From Lama guanicoe (Eukaryota): 64,000 nt of DNA. The notes below the pieces were generated by a model. The model was not told the DNA's origin, searched no databases, and worked only from the letters and a program-made list of their open reading frames with translations. The translations under genes were made by a program, and so were the position numbers. Below are positions 1 through 13,925 of the stretch, one piece after another (positions within the stretch are counted from its first letter, which is position 1; each line of letters starts with the position of its first letter). The DNA lies in the NCBI GenBank assembly GCA_013239625.1, contig MU054541.1, positions 7,793,530 to 7,857,529 of the forward strand. Reading direction: 5' to 3'.

Positions 1-256
1 AAAAGGAACCCCACTCCGCAGAACTGGCTCATCTCTGCCAGAGCGAGTCAACCCAGAAGGTGTGAGAACCAGGAGAGGAAGAGGGCAGCGGGCTTCCAGG
101 AGGGCTGCCTGGGGCCAGGGTCTTCCAAACGCCCAGCGTACGTGCACAAAAGGAGTCCCTGAGGTGAGCTTTACATCAGCACCAGCCAGAGCTGAGCCCA
201 CTCTCAGGAGCTGACACACATTCCCGGAGCCAAGGGAAAATGAGGAAAGAGAGAAA

Positions 257-605
257 TGCGCTGAAATGTCCCCCCACCCAAAAGAGCCCTGTGTTGAAGT
301 TCTAACCTCAGTGCTTCAGAGTGTGACTGGAGACAGGGTCTTTGAGAGGTAATTAAGGTCAAATGAGGTCATCAGGGTAGGTCCTAGCCTAAGGAGGAAG
401 GGATAGCAGGAATACCCGCGCAGAGGAAAGACCGCGTGAGGACACAGGAGAAGGCGGCCGACGCCAGCGAAGGGGAGGAGCCACGGGAGAAAGCCATTCA
501 GCCAACGCCTTGCTCAGATCTCCAGCCTCCAGGCTGTGAGAAGGAACTTCCTGGAGGTCAAGCCTCCCCGCCGCTGTACTTAGTTAAGGCGGCCCAGCAG
601 CCGCA
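257..605 (+). mobile_element. MaLR solo LTR, MLT1A/B-like
   Basis: Diagnostic MLT1 motifs: GTTGAAGTTCTAACC, GGAGACAGGGTCTTT, GAGGTAATTAAGGTCAAATGAGGTCATCAGGG and TCCAGCCTCCAGGCTGTGAGA. Confidence 0.85.
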
Positions 606-862
606 TGTATGGGACAGTGTTCCTGCCTGACTCTCTGGACACGGCTCTGGCCTCAGTAAGGAGACCCTGTAGCTCCAGGGGAAAGGGACAGGGCCCACCT
701 GCCTCCTGCCCGGAGCCCCGAGACCCAGAGAAGGGCGGCCTGGGACTCCTCCCGGGCCAAGAACGGCCGGAGAAGCAGGAGCTCGTTTGGGGGCGGGGCG
801 GGGCGCACACGGCGGGATGCGGGCCTGGGTGCGGGGAAGGAGGCCGGGCGGCNNNNNNNNNN

Positions 863-2177
<1,315 letters not shown>

Positions 2178-3159
2178 TCACATCTGTTGTTAGAAACCAG
2201 ATGTTTCCAGTGAGGACCCTCCATGTGCCTGCCAACCTCTGTCACAGGTTAAGAATATTCACAGTATCAAGGTCCTGCCGATCTGGGAGAAGAGGATGCA
2301 CACCGCACGCACGTGCACATACACACACCCCCCTGCTCCAAGTGACACGGTGGCTATTTTTTGAATACCTGACGTAACAGCATGATCTGCCCACAGAATT
2401 TTAAAATCTATGTGCTAAATAGAGAATGAAATAAAAACGCTATGGAAGGAAAGGAACAAGAGCACTCACGTGGCTTAGATGCTGGTCACAGGCCAGACCC
2501 AGAGGTGTGGATGACAGTCGTGGGCACCTGTTAGACTGCAGCCCAGGTGCCTTGCGGGACACACCTCACCTCCGTGACAAAGCAAAACAGGCCCAACCCC
2601 TTGTGTCCAGGCAGCTCCCATTTCCTGTCCTCTACAAACATCCACGTTCGGTTCCACAGGAATTTGATAAACGATCAGTTTCTCTTCATGACTGTCTTCA
2701 GCTTGGACACCAAACTAATTTTGTGACACATAGAAGTCACCCTCATTTATAAAAAGGAGCCAGAGAGTGACAAAGGTGGACACCAGAAAAGCAGTAATTT
2801 CCAAAGAATGATGCCAGGCCCACAGTGGGAGCCACGGCTGGGCTGACTTTGGGTGGACACCAGGTCACAACTCTGCCTCTCAGAGGCCTTGGACGTGCCC
2901 ATCTTGGGCAATGATTCCTACTGGCAAGATGAGATCAAAACCAGGGCGCCAGGGTTCCCTAAGCACCACCACCTCCCAGAGGGGCAGACTGAAAATAACG
3001 CCATCACTGGGAAACAGAGCAGAAAAAACAGCTCTCACCAATAAGCCTCGAGGAGAAGGTGACCAGAAGAGGAGTCAGGGAGTGGACCGTCCAGCTGCGC
3101 CTACAGCAGTTTGGCTCCAGTCCACACCCAGCGCACCCACGGGCTGTGCAGACGCCCCG

Positions 3160-3300
3160 CCACCAGGGCAGGGTTCTGGAAGACAAGCCCGAGCCCCGCC
3201 CCCAGAGCCTCCCACCTGGTAGGTCAGAGCGGGAGGGAGCCCAAGAATCTGCATTTCTAATGAGGTCCCAGATACTGAGCCTTATCTGAGGACTTACTTT
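3160..3300. mobile_element. MER5-type hAT MITE fragment
   Basis: GCCCCGCCCCAGAG...GCCCAAGAATCTGCATTTCTAA...CCCAG resembles the MER5A core. Confidence 0.6.
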
Positions 3301-4112
3301 GCTGCAAAATATCACAAGGTTCTGAAAACAGAAAAAGGAAAGAAGCACCCAAAATCTGTATGTCCTCCTGTGCCAATTATACTCGGTCCAATCAAAGCCA
3401 TCAATTCTTGGCTGAGATCGTGTTCCATGAGCCAACCCTGAATTCTAGACTCAGTGAGGCCCCAAGCCCTAGTGGAGGGAGAGGCCGAAGGGAAGACCCG
3501 GAGGTAACAGCCCGGATGCACCGCTGCAGGCCACCCACCCAAGAAGGCAGCAGCACTGACAGGTCAGGTGGGAAGAGGGTCTGGAACATAGAACAGGAAA
3601 TAACGAAACAAAACTAGCAGCCTGGCAGAAATAAATTAAAAACAAATTTATAAAACCAGGGGTAGGGGCAAAGACAAAATTTCCATGGTAACTATCACTA
3701 ATTTGGAACAGGACGCATGGTGAGGAATGCAAATATCTCTAATTTTTAACTGTTCTTTCAAACAATTCCACTGACTAAAAACAAAACAAACCATTTAAAA
3801 GAACTAAAGCAAACAGTAAAATCCTGCTGAGGCTCACAGAGGGAGTTTTCCATCAGCCAGATGCTCCGGGATCCGCACCTTCAGAGAAGACACCCCTTGA
3901 GGCCCTCAATCTGCGGTTAACCATTGAGAGTAAACCTGTTCAGACTCCTCACCCAGCTCGCACGTGAGCGGACTACACGGCACCATTAATCTCTCCTTGA
4001 AGAGGAGAAACCGCCTGCGAAAACGACAACCAGCGTGCAGTGCCGGACGCCACCATGTTCTGCCAGCAAAGCGCACCATCAGCTGCATATCCTGCTGAGG
4101 CTCGACTTTCGA

Positions 4113-4215
4113 GCTTCTCAAACCTGGAAGCCCTATGAACCCCTGGGGAGCTTGAAAATAATGCTGATTCCAGTCTGACCACCCCCTCAATCCAGATTCT
4201 GATCTAATCAGTGAA
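4113..4215. mobile_element. MER5-type hAT MITE fragment
   Basis: TTCTCAAAC...CCTGGGGAGCTTGAAAATAATGCTGATTCC...AGATTCTGATCTAAT. Confidence 0.55.
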
Positions 4216-7200
4216 GGTGGAGAAAGGGGAGCAGTGTTTGTACATTCCCCAACAGCTTCATGTTCCCGAACGTTTTCGCCCTGCCCTCCCCCACACTGTG
4301 GTCCACCTGTGGGAGACTGGGAGCCGGACGTCCACATGTCCCAGATTCTACCTCAAAGAAGAGCGCAGGGCCCCTGGGTCCGTGCATTCTGGCTTCTCCG
4401 GGGCACCTGACCTCCCAGCCTGCTGGGAGGGAAATTTTCCCACAGTAGAATCTGATTTAACTAAAAGCAACACCTTGTTTACACATCTCTGTAAACACAG
4501 ATGCCTGTTCCTTGGCCTGCGCTCATCTCTGGGGATCCAATGTGTAATTGGTACCAAAGACAGCAAAGCAGTGGAGGAAGGCACTGTCTCACCTTCCCAC
4601 TGAGCATCTCCTCCCAACCACCACCTCACAGGACAGAACCAAACACTTAAGTTTCACCTTGACCCACGGCCAGGTAACCACTGGGGCCCGTCTCACTGCT
4701 ATGCATCCTGAAGAAGCGCATGCACTGAGCACAGAAGAGACAGGGCATTTTAACTCACTGGAGAATTAACACAAAGGAGGCTCATGGCAGAGCCCCCCAC
4801 ATCTCTTCAAGTTGCTCCTTCTCGGCTTAATATGGATTTCTGACTTTGAACCCCACTCCCCCACAAATGTCACTCAGCTCTGCAGGACGTGTGGTGTCTT
4901 GACCACTTGTAGCTCAGGTTACCGCAGGCACACAGCCGTGGGGTCTCAGAAGCTGTCCTCACTCCAACCAGAAATTGTCAGGCTTTCATTTCTCACTAGA
5001 GGGAGCCAGTGAGTCAGCTGGCTCTGCCTAGGAGAAACATGGTTGGTTGGAGACAGTGCATTTAGACTTTAAAACTCAAGTTAAAAAGCAAGAAAGCCTA
5101 AATGAACAGAATCCACTGGACAGGCAGTGAGTTATGGACAGGGAAGGCAGGGCCCTGGGCTGGAGAAAGGTTAAAGACAGTAGTGAGCAGAGGGACACGG
5201 CTGGCTGATAGGCAGCCCCGCTCTCCAAAAACACCTGGGTCCTGTGGGACCCTGAATCTTTCTATAAAGCCTGCTCCCTCTGTAGGCCTTGTACCCTGGT
5301 CACAAAGAGCGCCAATTCAAACTCTCCGGGTGACCTGATGAGCAGCAAGTAAGACCTTAAACATTCTTCGAGCTAAGGAGAGTTTCTCACATTTTTCTCT
5401 CTAGATGCTCATTTTTCCATTTTCCAGAATGTTAAAAGAACACTAGAAGTTCTGAACAGCTAAACCCTCTCCTCTCAGCCTTACTCAGCCAAGATGTTCT
5501 GTGAGCCCCGTACATCTGACCGTGAAACCCTATCAGCCCGGCAGATGGCCTGGCCGGCTGCCCACGCTCCACGCGTTTCTTCACCTTACAGCTCGGCCTT
5601 GGCGCACAGGTGAGAACAGGCAGGTGACCCCGTTCGGTGCAGCCTAGCCATCCACATCCTGACTTACCGAACACACAAACTTCTTTGCAAACACCTCACG
5701 ACATGCTTAGAAAACTAACATTTCCAAACCTTCTCCAGGTGCAAGGAGAGTTTCCCCATCCTAAATTTGTTCTGCCTTTTACTGCATATAACGTAAGTAT
5801 CATTGGCAGGAAACACTCCTTTGTCGGACACCCACCACACATCCAAATCACCATCTGGGGCAGCCACACACCCGTGCATGTTATGTGGCAGTCACAGCGC
5901 CTCTGGTATAATCAGAGCTGGAGGGCTGGCCAGGCCCCTCACACTGAGTTCACATGCTCAAGTCCAGGGCTTTTTAAAAAACAAAAAACTACCACACAGC
6001 AGTGTGCAAGGCAACGGGGGAAGAGGAGCTATCCTAGCAGAAAGTGTTCTCTGCGCCTGGGTGCATCAGGGAAGCAGGGCAAAGTCACTTCTCGGCAGCT
6101 CCCTCTAAACACTGCTCCCTTCACCCAGCCCGGCCCTGTACTATCGCACTGTTTTTTTCCTTTTAGGCTGAATGAAAAAAAATAATCAAAATTACAGATC
6201 CAAGTATTCTCTGGGCCCCCGTCTTTTATGCAGTTGAAAAGACGAAAGGTCAGATTCTAATCACTGGCATCAGGCTGTTACAAAGGAATCGACAATTGGC
6301 TTTTATTGACCTTTTTTTTTCAGAGTACTTAACTAATGGGATTTGATGGCATCAAAATTATCCTTTCATTTCTCGCAATATCCCTGGGAGAGGAACTGGC
6401 ATCACTGGCTCCAAATGCACAATACAGCCCAGGAAGGTTACATGTCACAGCTGAACTCTCAGCGAAGGTCGTGGTCAGAGCCCAGCTGGGAGCCCAGCTG
6501 GGAGCCCAGGTTACCCCATCCCAAGGACCTGATGGGGGAAGGTGGGGCGGGCAGGAGAGGGGAGGAGGTGGGTGGAGAGCGGAGGAAGTGGTTACACCCT
6601 GCCTCCAAGAGCCGAGCCTGGAAAGCCAACCGGACTCCCGCAGTTGCTCGGACAATGGGGGTCTGCACCCCAAGGGTGCCCAGGTCGCTCCTCTGCCTCC
6701 AGGACTGCGCATGAAACGGGCCACACATGCACACTGTGGAGCAGGGGGTGCCTTCTGGCTCCCCTCCACTCTTCCCTCCAACTATGGGAACTCCCCTTGT
6801 TCAGTCACAAAGGGAGATCCTGAACTGATGGATAAGCCCTGGGGGCTGAGGATGAGCATGGATCACTCCAGCCTCAAACATGAAAGAGAAGAGTATGTGT
6901 GTGCGTGTGACTATGGTTCTATGTGAGAAGTCACACATTCATCCCTTAGTGAGATTCCTGGCCCACAAATGCCTCCCCTCTGAAATTTTTAGGCTCTGAA
7001 TTGCTCTCTTTCATAAGGAAACATTGGGAGGCAAGTTCTGGAGGGACAAATCCCTGTCCGGCCAACAGCTTTGGAACCTGAGTAGACAAGACACCAAAGG
7101 GATGGTGTGCCCTGTGCTTTATGCCTCTTGGTCCTGAAAACTGGGCTCCTGGCATAGGGGAGGCCAATTCCACAAACACGCTTGGGTGTTCCCATGAGGA

Positions 7201-8498
7201 AAACTGTGAACTCTGGGGAACGGTGAGCAAAATATGCAAAACCAGTTGTTCAATCTCAAGATAACAGTGCAAAGCATGCAGCAGTGATCTGAGGACCACA
7301 GAAACAGACCCATGAGGGTTCGTGCCTCGTCTTCCCCAACTGAGAGCTGAGTGGTGTCTGAAAGCTAAAGGTTAAGACTAATAACACACGTGTGTACACA
7401 CACAATCCTGTGTACATACATGAATACAGTCACAGAGTCAGAGAGAACCATTTCTAACATTATCAAGAACGAGCAAGACCAGGGGGAAAGAACGGTTCAA
7501 CAAAAGAGAAACTCCAACCCTGACACCACAATGACCATCTTTCAGTCACTCGACAACACTGCCGGTCAAGGAACCTCAGGTCCACCCTCACCTCACCCGA
7601 ATCAATCTTTCAAGATCACAATCTTCGGTCTATTCTAGGGAAAAACTTAATTGCACGTTACAAGATTCCCAATGAGGAGCAAGTCCTCGTCTGTGATCCT
7701 CGTGGCTCACCGACTTTGACACCGAGTGAGAACAGGGAGTAGAGGGGTCAAGGAAGCGCCACCTGTCCTGGGAGAGCCCCACAGCGGAGCGCCAGGCACC
7801 TCCTCTCTCCCTGCTGTCTCTGTCCTGGGTCCCAGGAAGTCACAGCCAATGACAGAAAGCGCTGTCCGACAGGATCTGCGCTCTGTATCTGATCCTGAAG
7901 TGGGGGGCAGGGGGAGCAGAGGGCGTGCGGACTCTGCTGATCCCAAGGGTGCAGAACAGAAATGCACTGGGGGAGTAAGTGTCCTGTTGCACCTGCACCC
8001 TGTCTCACCCCCACCTGCAGCGGCTCAGCAGTCCTGGCCGCGAGACACTAACGTGTCCATCAGGAAGAGGTACAGCCCAGGCCGTCCACTGCTGGTTCCG
8101 CTGCTGGCCTGTTCCAAGGTAAAGTGTGGCCCTGACCTAACCTGAGAAAACGCTGCTCCCTCCCCAGTACTCTGCGCCTCACCTGGCGCCCGGGACACGG
8201 GGATGGAAGAGGGTAATGAAGGGGCATTCCCTCCCTACCCTTCTAGAACATCCCAGCTCGAGAGAGCACGCAGCTGGTGGCACCGGGTGATGGCAGCATC
8301 TTCCAGGGAGGGATGCGAATCCACCAACGGGAGGGGAGGCGCAGGCACCGGCACTTCTGCGCCCGGGTTGCGTTTCTCTCGCCCCCTCTCCCCTCTGAGC
8401 ATCCTTTCCTGCTTTCTGAGCCCTGGAAACATGGATTTCCCCTTCAGTTAACTTGGTGATCAGGGTCCCCTGTACGGCCAGGCTAGGCAGGGCTTTAC

Positions 8499-8737
8499 CT
8501 GTTTCCTTAAGTCCTGAGCCGACCGATGCAGAGGCGGGTGGTGGTGGGTGGCGGCGAGCCCCTTGGCCGAGGAGCCCCCCGCGGAGGGGGTCGCGGGGGG
8601 TAGGCTGACGGAAGCCTGCTCCCTTCGGCTGTCGGCCCGGGGCTCGCTGTGCTTCTCCTTCGCGGGAGTGGCCTCTTTGCTTTTGTGTTTCTGAACAGGT
8701 TCCTTCTCCCGTGATGACCTGCTGGAACCATTGAAAA
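8499..8737 (-). CDS. JARID2: JARID2 exon 6 (239 bp, phase 1-0)
   Basis: Acceptor CTCTCTCCTTCCTTTCCAG|TT and donor CAG|GTAAAG. G|TT completes Val with exon 5. Encodes [22 protein letters not shown]...[16 protein letters not shown]. Confidence 0.97.
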
Positions 8738-8997
8738 CTGGAAAGGAAGGAGAGAGAAGAACAATGTCACTACATCGGGTGTGCTGCCCACTGTCTTGTC
8801 CCCATACCCCCTGAAGACAAAAGGAGAAAGAGAAGGAAAACATTCCAGACAAACACCGCGTCTCATATGCCCTCAAGTCAAGCACCACAAAGAACAGGAA
8901 TAATCCTAACATGGAGAGACCAAAGCAGAAGTTATAAACACAGACTAAGAATCATTTGCTTTGGTTGAAACAATTGAATAATCCATTTTAAAAATCC

Positions 8998-9000
<3 letters not shown>

Positions 9001-9032
<32 letters not shown>
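9001..9032 (+). repeat. (CA)16 microsatellite, read as (UG)16 in the JARID2 pre-mRNA
   Basis: Perfect CA run seen directly. Confidence 0.95.
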
Positions 9033-9033
<1 letters not shown>

Positions 9034-10338
9034 CAAAACAGTGGAATTAAAATGAAGAAACCAAAACAAAGAGTCACATTCCAAGAGCAGGGCCACCTCA
9101 TGTATAAAGATACAGGGGCTCTAGAAATGATCATATGTTTTCTTTAAACTTAACACGTGAGGCTGCAGATCTGATGACACATCGGTCAAGATGTAGCTGT
9201 GGCACCAGACCCCTGGGTGACCACAGCAGAGCGAGAGAGGCACGGGAGCCCTGGGCCAGACCTACTTCCACTCCAAAAGCCCTGACAGCAGTTAACAGCT
9301 GACACGCACTAGGTGCCTGCTGTGAGCCCAGTGGGGCCGGGAAGTCGTTCAGTCTCTGGATCCAAAGGGACATGATCCTCACGCCCACTTTACAGAGGAC
9401 CCAACAGAAGGCGTGCGCCTTGCCCAGGCCGTGCTGCCTCCCAAGTGCCCCCCCCAACAAAGCTCCTGACCTCCAGGTGGCTCTCAGTGCCCCTTCCAAA
9501 TGTGCCTGCTGGACCCCACCCTCTCCTGCTCAGGAGGTTCACAAGAGAACAGTGACGCTCAGGTCTGTGCAGTAACTTCATCAGCGCTGCCGCCGCGAGC
9601 CTTCTCCTGTACTTCGCAGCTGGGACCCACACTCCCAGACAGACTCGGCGGGCCTGGCCCCTCTCCAGGGCATCAGTTCCACATCTGTCCCCTCTTACCC
9701 ACAGGTCCCCCCTCCCCTCAAACCATCCCAGCAGGTGGCCTACTTCTTCAGGGAAGGAGGAAGGATGCCTGAGCCTGGTCTGTCTGGCCCCACAAGCACC
9801 AGGCAGAACAGCCAGGGAAGTGAGTGAGCCCTTTTAGCTGTCGTTTAAAAAGGCTCCTGTTGTATTTCCTGGCAGAAGGAGCTTCAAAAGGTCACTGTGT
9901 CCACCTGCCCATCAGACACCTCCTCTCCAAGGCTATGCCCACCCCAACCAGGCCTTGCAGAATTCCAGGCAGAAGTCACCAGAGGACCAGGCAGCTGTAA
10001 AGAGAAAACTCCTCCTCTGAGGTGGAGTCTCTTCCTGAAGCCGAGAGAAGCAGGGGTCCAGCCCCCTCCACAGACAACCTGGCCTCTCTTCAGAGTGCCC
10101 TCCCTCCAAACTTATCCACAGCGCCTTGCACGCTTTTTCACCCCCATTCGTATGGGTGTCCTTTAAATTACACTTATGCCTTGTAGGGAGCAAATGTTTT
10201 TCTCTTATCTGCTTTCCCATCTGTTAACAGTGCTAAATCTGCTAACACATTTTTTAAAGTTTCTTTGATTTTATGCTTAGAAAATCCTATCTTTTCAGAT
10301 GGTAAGATATTCCTCTAAGTTTTCTTCTAATTGTTTTC

Positions 10339-10458
10339 CATTTTTTGGGGGGTGGGGTAGGTTTATTTATTTGTTTATTTCAGTGACGATACTGGGGGTT
10401 GAACCCAGGACCCTGTGCATGCTAAGCACATGCTCTGTTGCTGAGCTGTACCCTCCCC
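10339..10458 (-). mobile_element. tRNA-derived SINE (camelid Vic-1-like) with a 13-bp target-site duplication
   Basis: Minus strand reads GGGGAGGGTACAGCTCAGC...GCTTAGCATGCACAGGGTCCTGGGTTCAACCCCCAGTA (A and B boxes) with an AT-rich tail. Direct repeat TCTAATTGTTTTC at 10326-10338 and 10463-10475. Confidence 0.9.
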
Positions 10459-11554
10459 GATGTCTAATTGTTTTCTGGTTCAGTCGCTTAGATTTGTTTT
10501 AGAGCACTTGTAATTACATCGTATATGGTGTCACACAGAGACTCACATTTTCCATATCTGGAATGGATGTGAACCCTGATCTCTAAAGATGCTCTCAGCC
10601 CCAGTGATTACACACTCTAAACAGATTTTCAATACTGAGAAGACCGGCGTCACATCAAAACATGGTATATGATCCCGTGTTATGCGAGGTTCTGCTGGAT
10701 ACCCTCAGTTACAGGGAAAATGGAGAGCTTCGAATGGCTGGCATTTATTCTAAGTGTAAGTAACTACACGCTGTCAGAAACCATCCATCACACCCAGGCT
10801 GGCGGCATCTGTACTTGCTTTCAAGACAAATTAGAAGCAACATCCATAAGAAGTCATACTTCAGTGTGATTAAAAATCAAGCCAAGGAACATGCATCTAG
10901 GCGACTCCTGACCGTTCAACCAATTTTCTAAGGCGGTGAACACAGCTCCTTTATGGAAACCCAGCACAGGAAGTTCTTTATTTTTTCTTTTTTAAATCTT
11001 AAATCTTCCAAACTTCTCCAAGCTTTGTTACTGCCACAAGATGAGCTTCGTGACACAGTCTGCTATGAAAGAAGTGCCAGTTCCAGAACTACTTCTCTTT
11101 ATTTGGTTACAAAAAAAATTTTTTGATTCTGGGGTTGGTCCCCTTTCGTAACACTGTATCAGCAGTTCAACTCCTGTCTACACCTGGGCAAGCTGTGTAC
11201 AGCCTCGGTTTTCTCACCCGTAGGCTGGGGACCACGTGCTCCTGTGTGAGGGTTCAGCTGGCACTCAACATTTGGGAGAACTTCCTGCTGCATATTTAAA
11301 AGGACCATCTCAGGTTACTACATACTCAGATTGGGGCAAAATCTCTTCTAGCTTCCCAACCTCGCCGCAGATCCAGTAGGAAAAACAGGCTTCACTAAGC
11401 TGAACAGCAGGCCTGAGCAGACCCACCACAACCTCCTGCCTCCCAACATCCACTTCATAGGAAAAAAGAGGTGGTGCCAATGCCCTGTCCAAGCAAAGAG
11501 AAATAATGATGCTGAAAACAACTCACATTTTCTACCAGCTTAATGACTGACTTG

Positions 11555-13682
11555 ATCCTTGAGGAACCCACAGGCCCTTTCAGGGGATTCCCTAGGTCAA
11601 AACTATTTTCATAATTACACTAAGAGAGTATTTGCCTTTTTCTCTACGTTGCTATTTCAATGATGGTTATTAAAGGCAGATTAGCCATCAGGGAAATGCA
11701 AATCAAAACGACCAAGAAATCCCACTTCATATCCCCTCGGATGGCTCTGTTCAAAGACAATGACAAGTGTTGGCCAGGACAGAGAGAGACTGGAACCCTC
11801 GTGCACTGCAGGTGGAACTGTAAAATGGCACGGCCACTTCGGAAAACAATCTGGAAGTTCCCCAAAAAGTGACACAGAGTTCCCATGTGACCCAGCAATT
11901 CCACTCCCAGGTAGGCACACAAGAGAAATGAAAAATGTGTCCACGTAAAAATGTGTGTACAACTGTATTAAGTAGAATTATTAACAACAGTTCAAAACAG
12001 TGGTGGGGGGAGACGGTCCAAAGGTTCATCAGCCGGTATTTATCTAAACAAAATGGGGTGTTACACACCCACAAAAAGGCATCAGGTACTGATATGTGCT
12101 CCAGCCTGGGCGAATCTTGGAGACATTCTGGGAAGTGAAAGAAGCTAAGGACAAAAGGCCACCTCCTACTGCAGGATTCCAGTCACGTAAAATGAGCAGA
12201 ACAGACCAATGCACAGACACACAAAGTACAGGTGCCAGGGGCTGGGGAGGCTTCGGGGAAATGCAAATGACTCCTAAGTGGGTACAAGCTCTTCAGGAGG
12301 AGGGCGATGAAAATGTTGACTGTGAGGATGGTCGCAAAACCCTATGAAGATACTACAAACTACCAAGTTTTACACTGTGGGTAAATTTTATGATATGTAA
12401 ATTATATCTCAATAAAATTATTTAAAAAAAAAACAGCAGCAGCAATAGGTGGTAAACAATGCAATTGCACCAAATCTCACTAATACATATTATATTCTTC
12501 ATTACCAATTACTAGCAGTTAATTTTTTTTCAAAAAAGCCAGTTTCACATCAGAAAGTGACAAAGCAACAGAAATTGTTAACAATATTAAATCTCAACCC
12601 TTGTGCATCCGTACTTTGTATGCCACACGTGTAAGGTGCTTCTCCTGGACAGTGACGACTGTTTCTAGGGCAGAGCACTTGTGAGATTGTTTAATGCTGT
12701 AAGCTAGCTGCTTTTTCATGGAATGTTTTTTTTTTTAATTTGAAAGGACAACTGATGTAGCCATTTGTCGGCTATCTTCTCAAAAATGAATGAAGTCAGC
12801 CTGTCAAGGGAAATAATAGTTTTTGCTGCCAATGACAAAAGTCACGATTTCAGGGAAAAATCACAATTTTGGAAAACCTGTACCTGCCACCATGAGTGTG
12901 ACAGCCTCTCAACACGTGAAGACTTTCCCAATGAGTGTGCAGAGATGAGATTCTTTGATACTATGTGACGGAAGGTGCTGAACCCGCAAGGGGTGCAAAG
13001 CCCAGTGAACCATTATTTTCAAATGATCAATACAAGATGTTGCAAAATTGCACGTGGGTACCTGAGCCATTTAAGGCAGAAGGCAAACCCGTGGACTTTA
13101 ACACAACAGAGCGTGAAAAGTTCACCACCATGGGTTCAGATCGCTGTAACAACTGACCTTGAAGAAACCATGCTGGTTGAGTGTGGGTATGAAATGTAAG
13201 AATTAAAATCATTCACAAAGGCTCCTCCCTCTCCCAACCACCTACTTTTCTGAGACTGATTTTCTTCATATACATCAACCAAAGCTATATGCGGCAAGAG
13301 AGGCCATCCCCTGGAAACTGCTAATCCACTTTCTGTCCCTACGTTTTGGTCTGTTCTGGTCCGAATGCAGAGGCAGACCTAAGAATCCAGCTGTCGCTGT
13401 CCAAGCCAGAGCCTGAAGAAATGCGCAAAAATGTACAACAATGCAGCTCTCCTCGCTAGAACTTTGGGGGTTTGGAACAGAGTCCCTTTTCATTAAAATG
13501 TTATTTCTGTTGACATGTCATGAGTTTGTGCTGTTTTTGAATGAAATTTCTAAATTCCCTGTTTTAATTTTAATATAGCAAATATCAACAAATGCAATCC
13601 ACAAAATAAGTGCTTTTAGGGGTTCCCTCAGTAAGTGTTAGGAGGAAAAAGGGACCTTGAGACCAAAAAGCCTGAAACCAGT
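11555..13682 (+). mobile_element. hAT-Charlie1(a)-like DNA transposon remnant, interrupted by L1
   Basis: 5' part CCCTTTCAGGGG...GGTCAAAACTATTTTCATAAT...TATTTGCCTTTT, decayed internal sequence at 12440-13550, and 3' part GGGACCTTGAGACCAAAAAG...GAAACCAG, matching the Charlie1 consensus as recalled. Confidence 0.75.
11679..12433 (+). mobile_element. L1MB-like LINE-1 3' fragment (ORF2 end, 3'UTR, A tail)
   Basis: LAIREMQIKTT motif, GACCCAGCAATTCCACTCC, and the terminal TATATCTCAATAAA followed by poly(A). Confidence 0.9.
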
Positions 13683-13789
13683 AGGCTGGACTGTCTTCAC
13701 CACGGTGATCAGCTGCAGCATGGTTTCCAGAGGCGTGGATGGACCCTGTACTTCCATCTATACCTACAAATCCCCCAAAACTCGGGCTC

Positions 13790-13925
13790 TAAGGTGAAGC
13801 TACCTAAATTTGAATCTGGAGAAATCACCTGCTAACTGTTTGACTTTGGACTGGTTTCCTGTCCAAGACTTAGGGTTGCTTGGAGGATTCAGTGAGGAAG
13901 TTAATCTAGAAAGGATCTCAGCGGG
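13790..13925 (+). mobile_element. MIR fragment
   Basis: TTTGAATCT...CTAACTGTTTGACTTTGG...AGGGTTGCTTGGAGGATT. Confidence 0.5.

Noticed and set aside
6478-6509. 12-bp tandem GAGCCCAGCTGG x2.7 (other short duplications near 40812, 41490, 42566 and 49982)
   Set aside because: Ordinary slippage duplications, too short and with no spacers. Not CRISPR-like or otherwise structured arrays.
10388-10458. tRNA-like sequence
   Set aside because: It is the head of a SINE with an AT-rich tail and TSD, not a tRNA gene.
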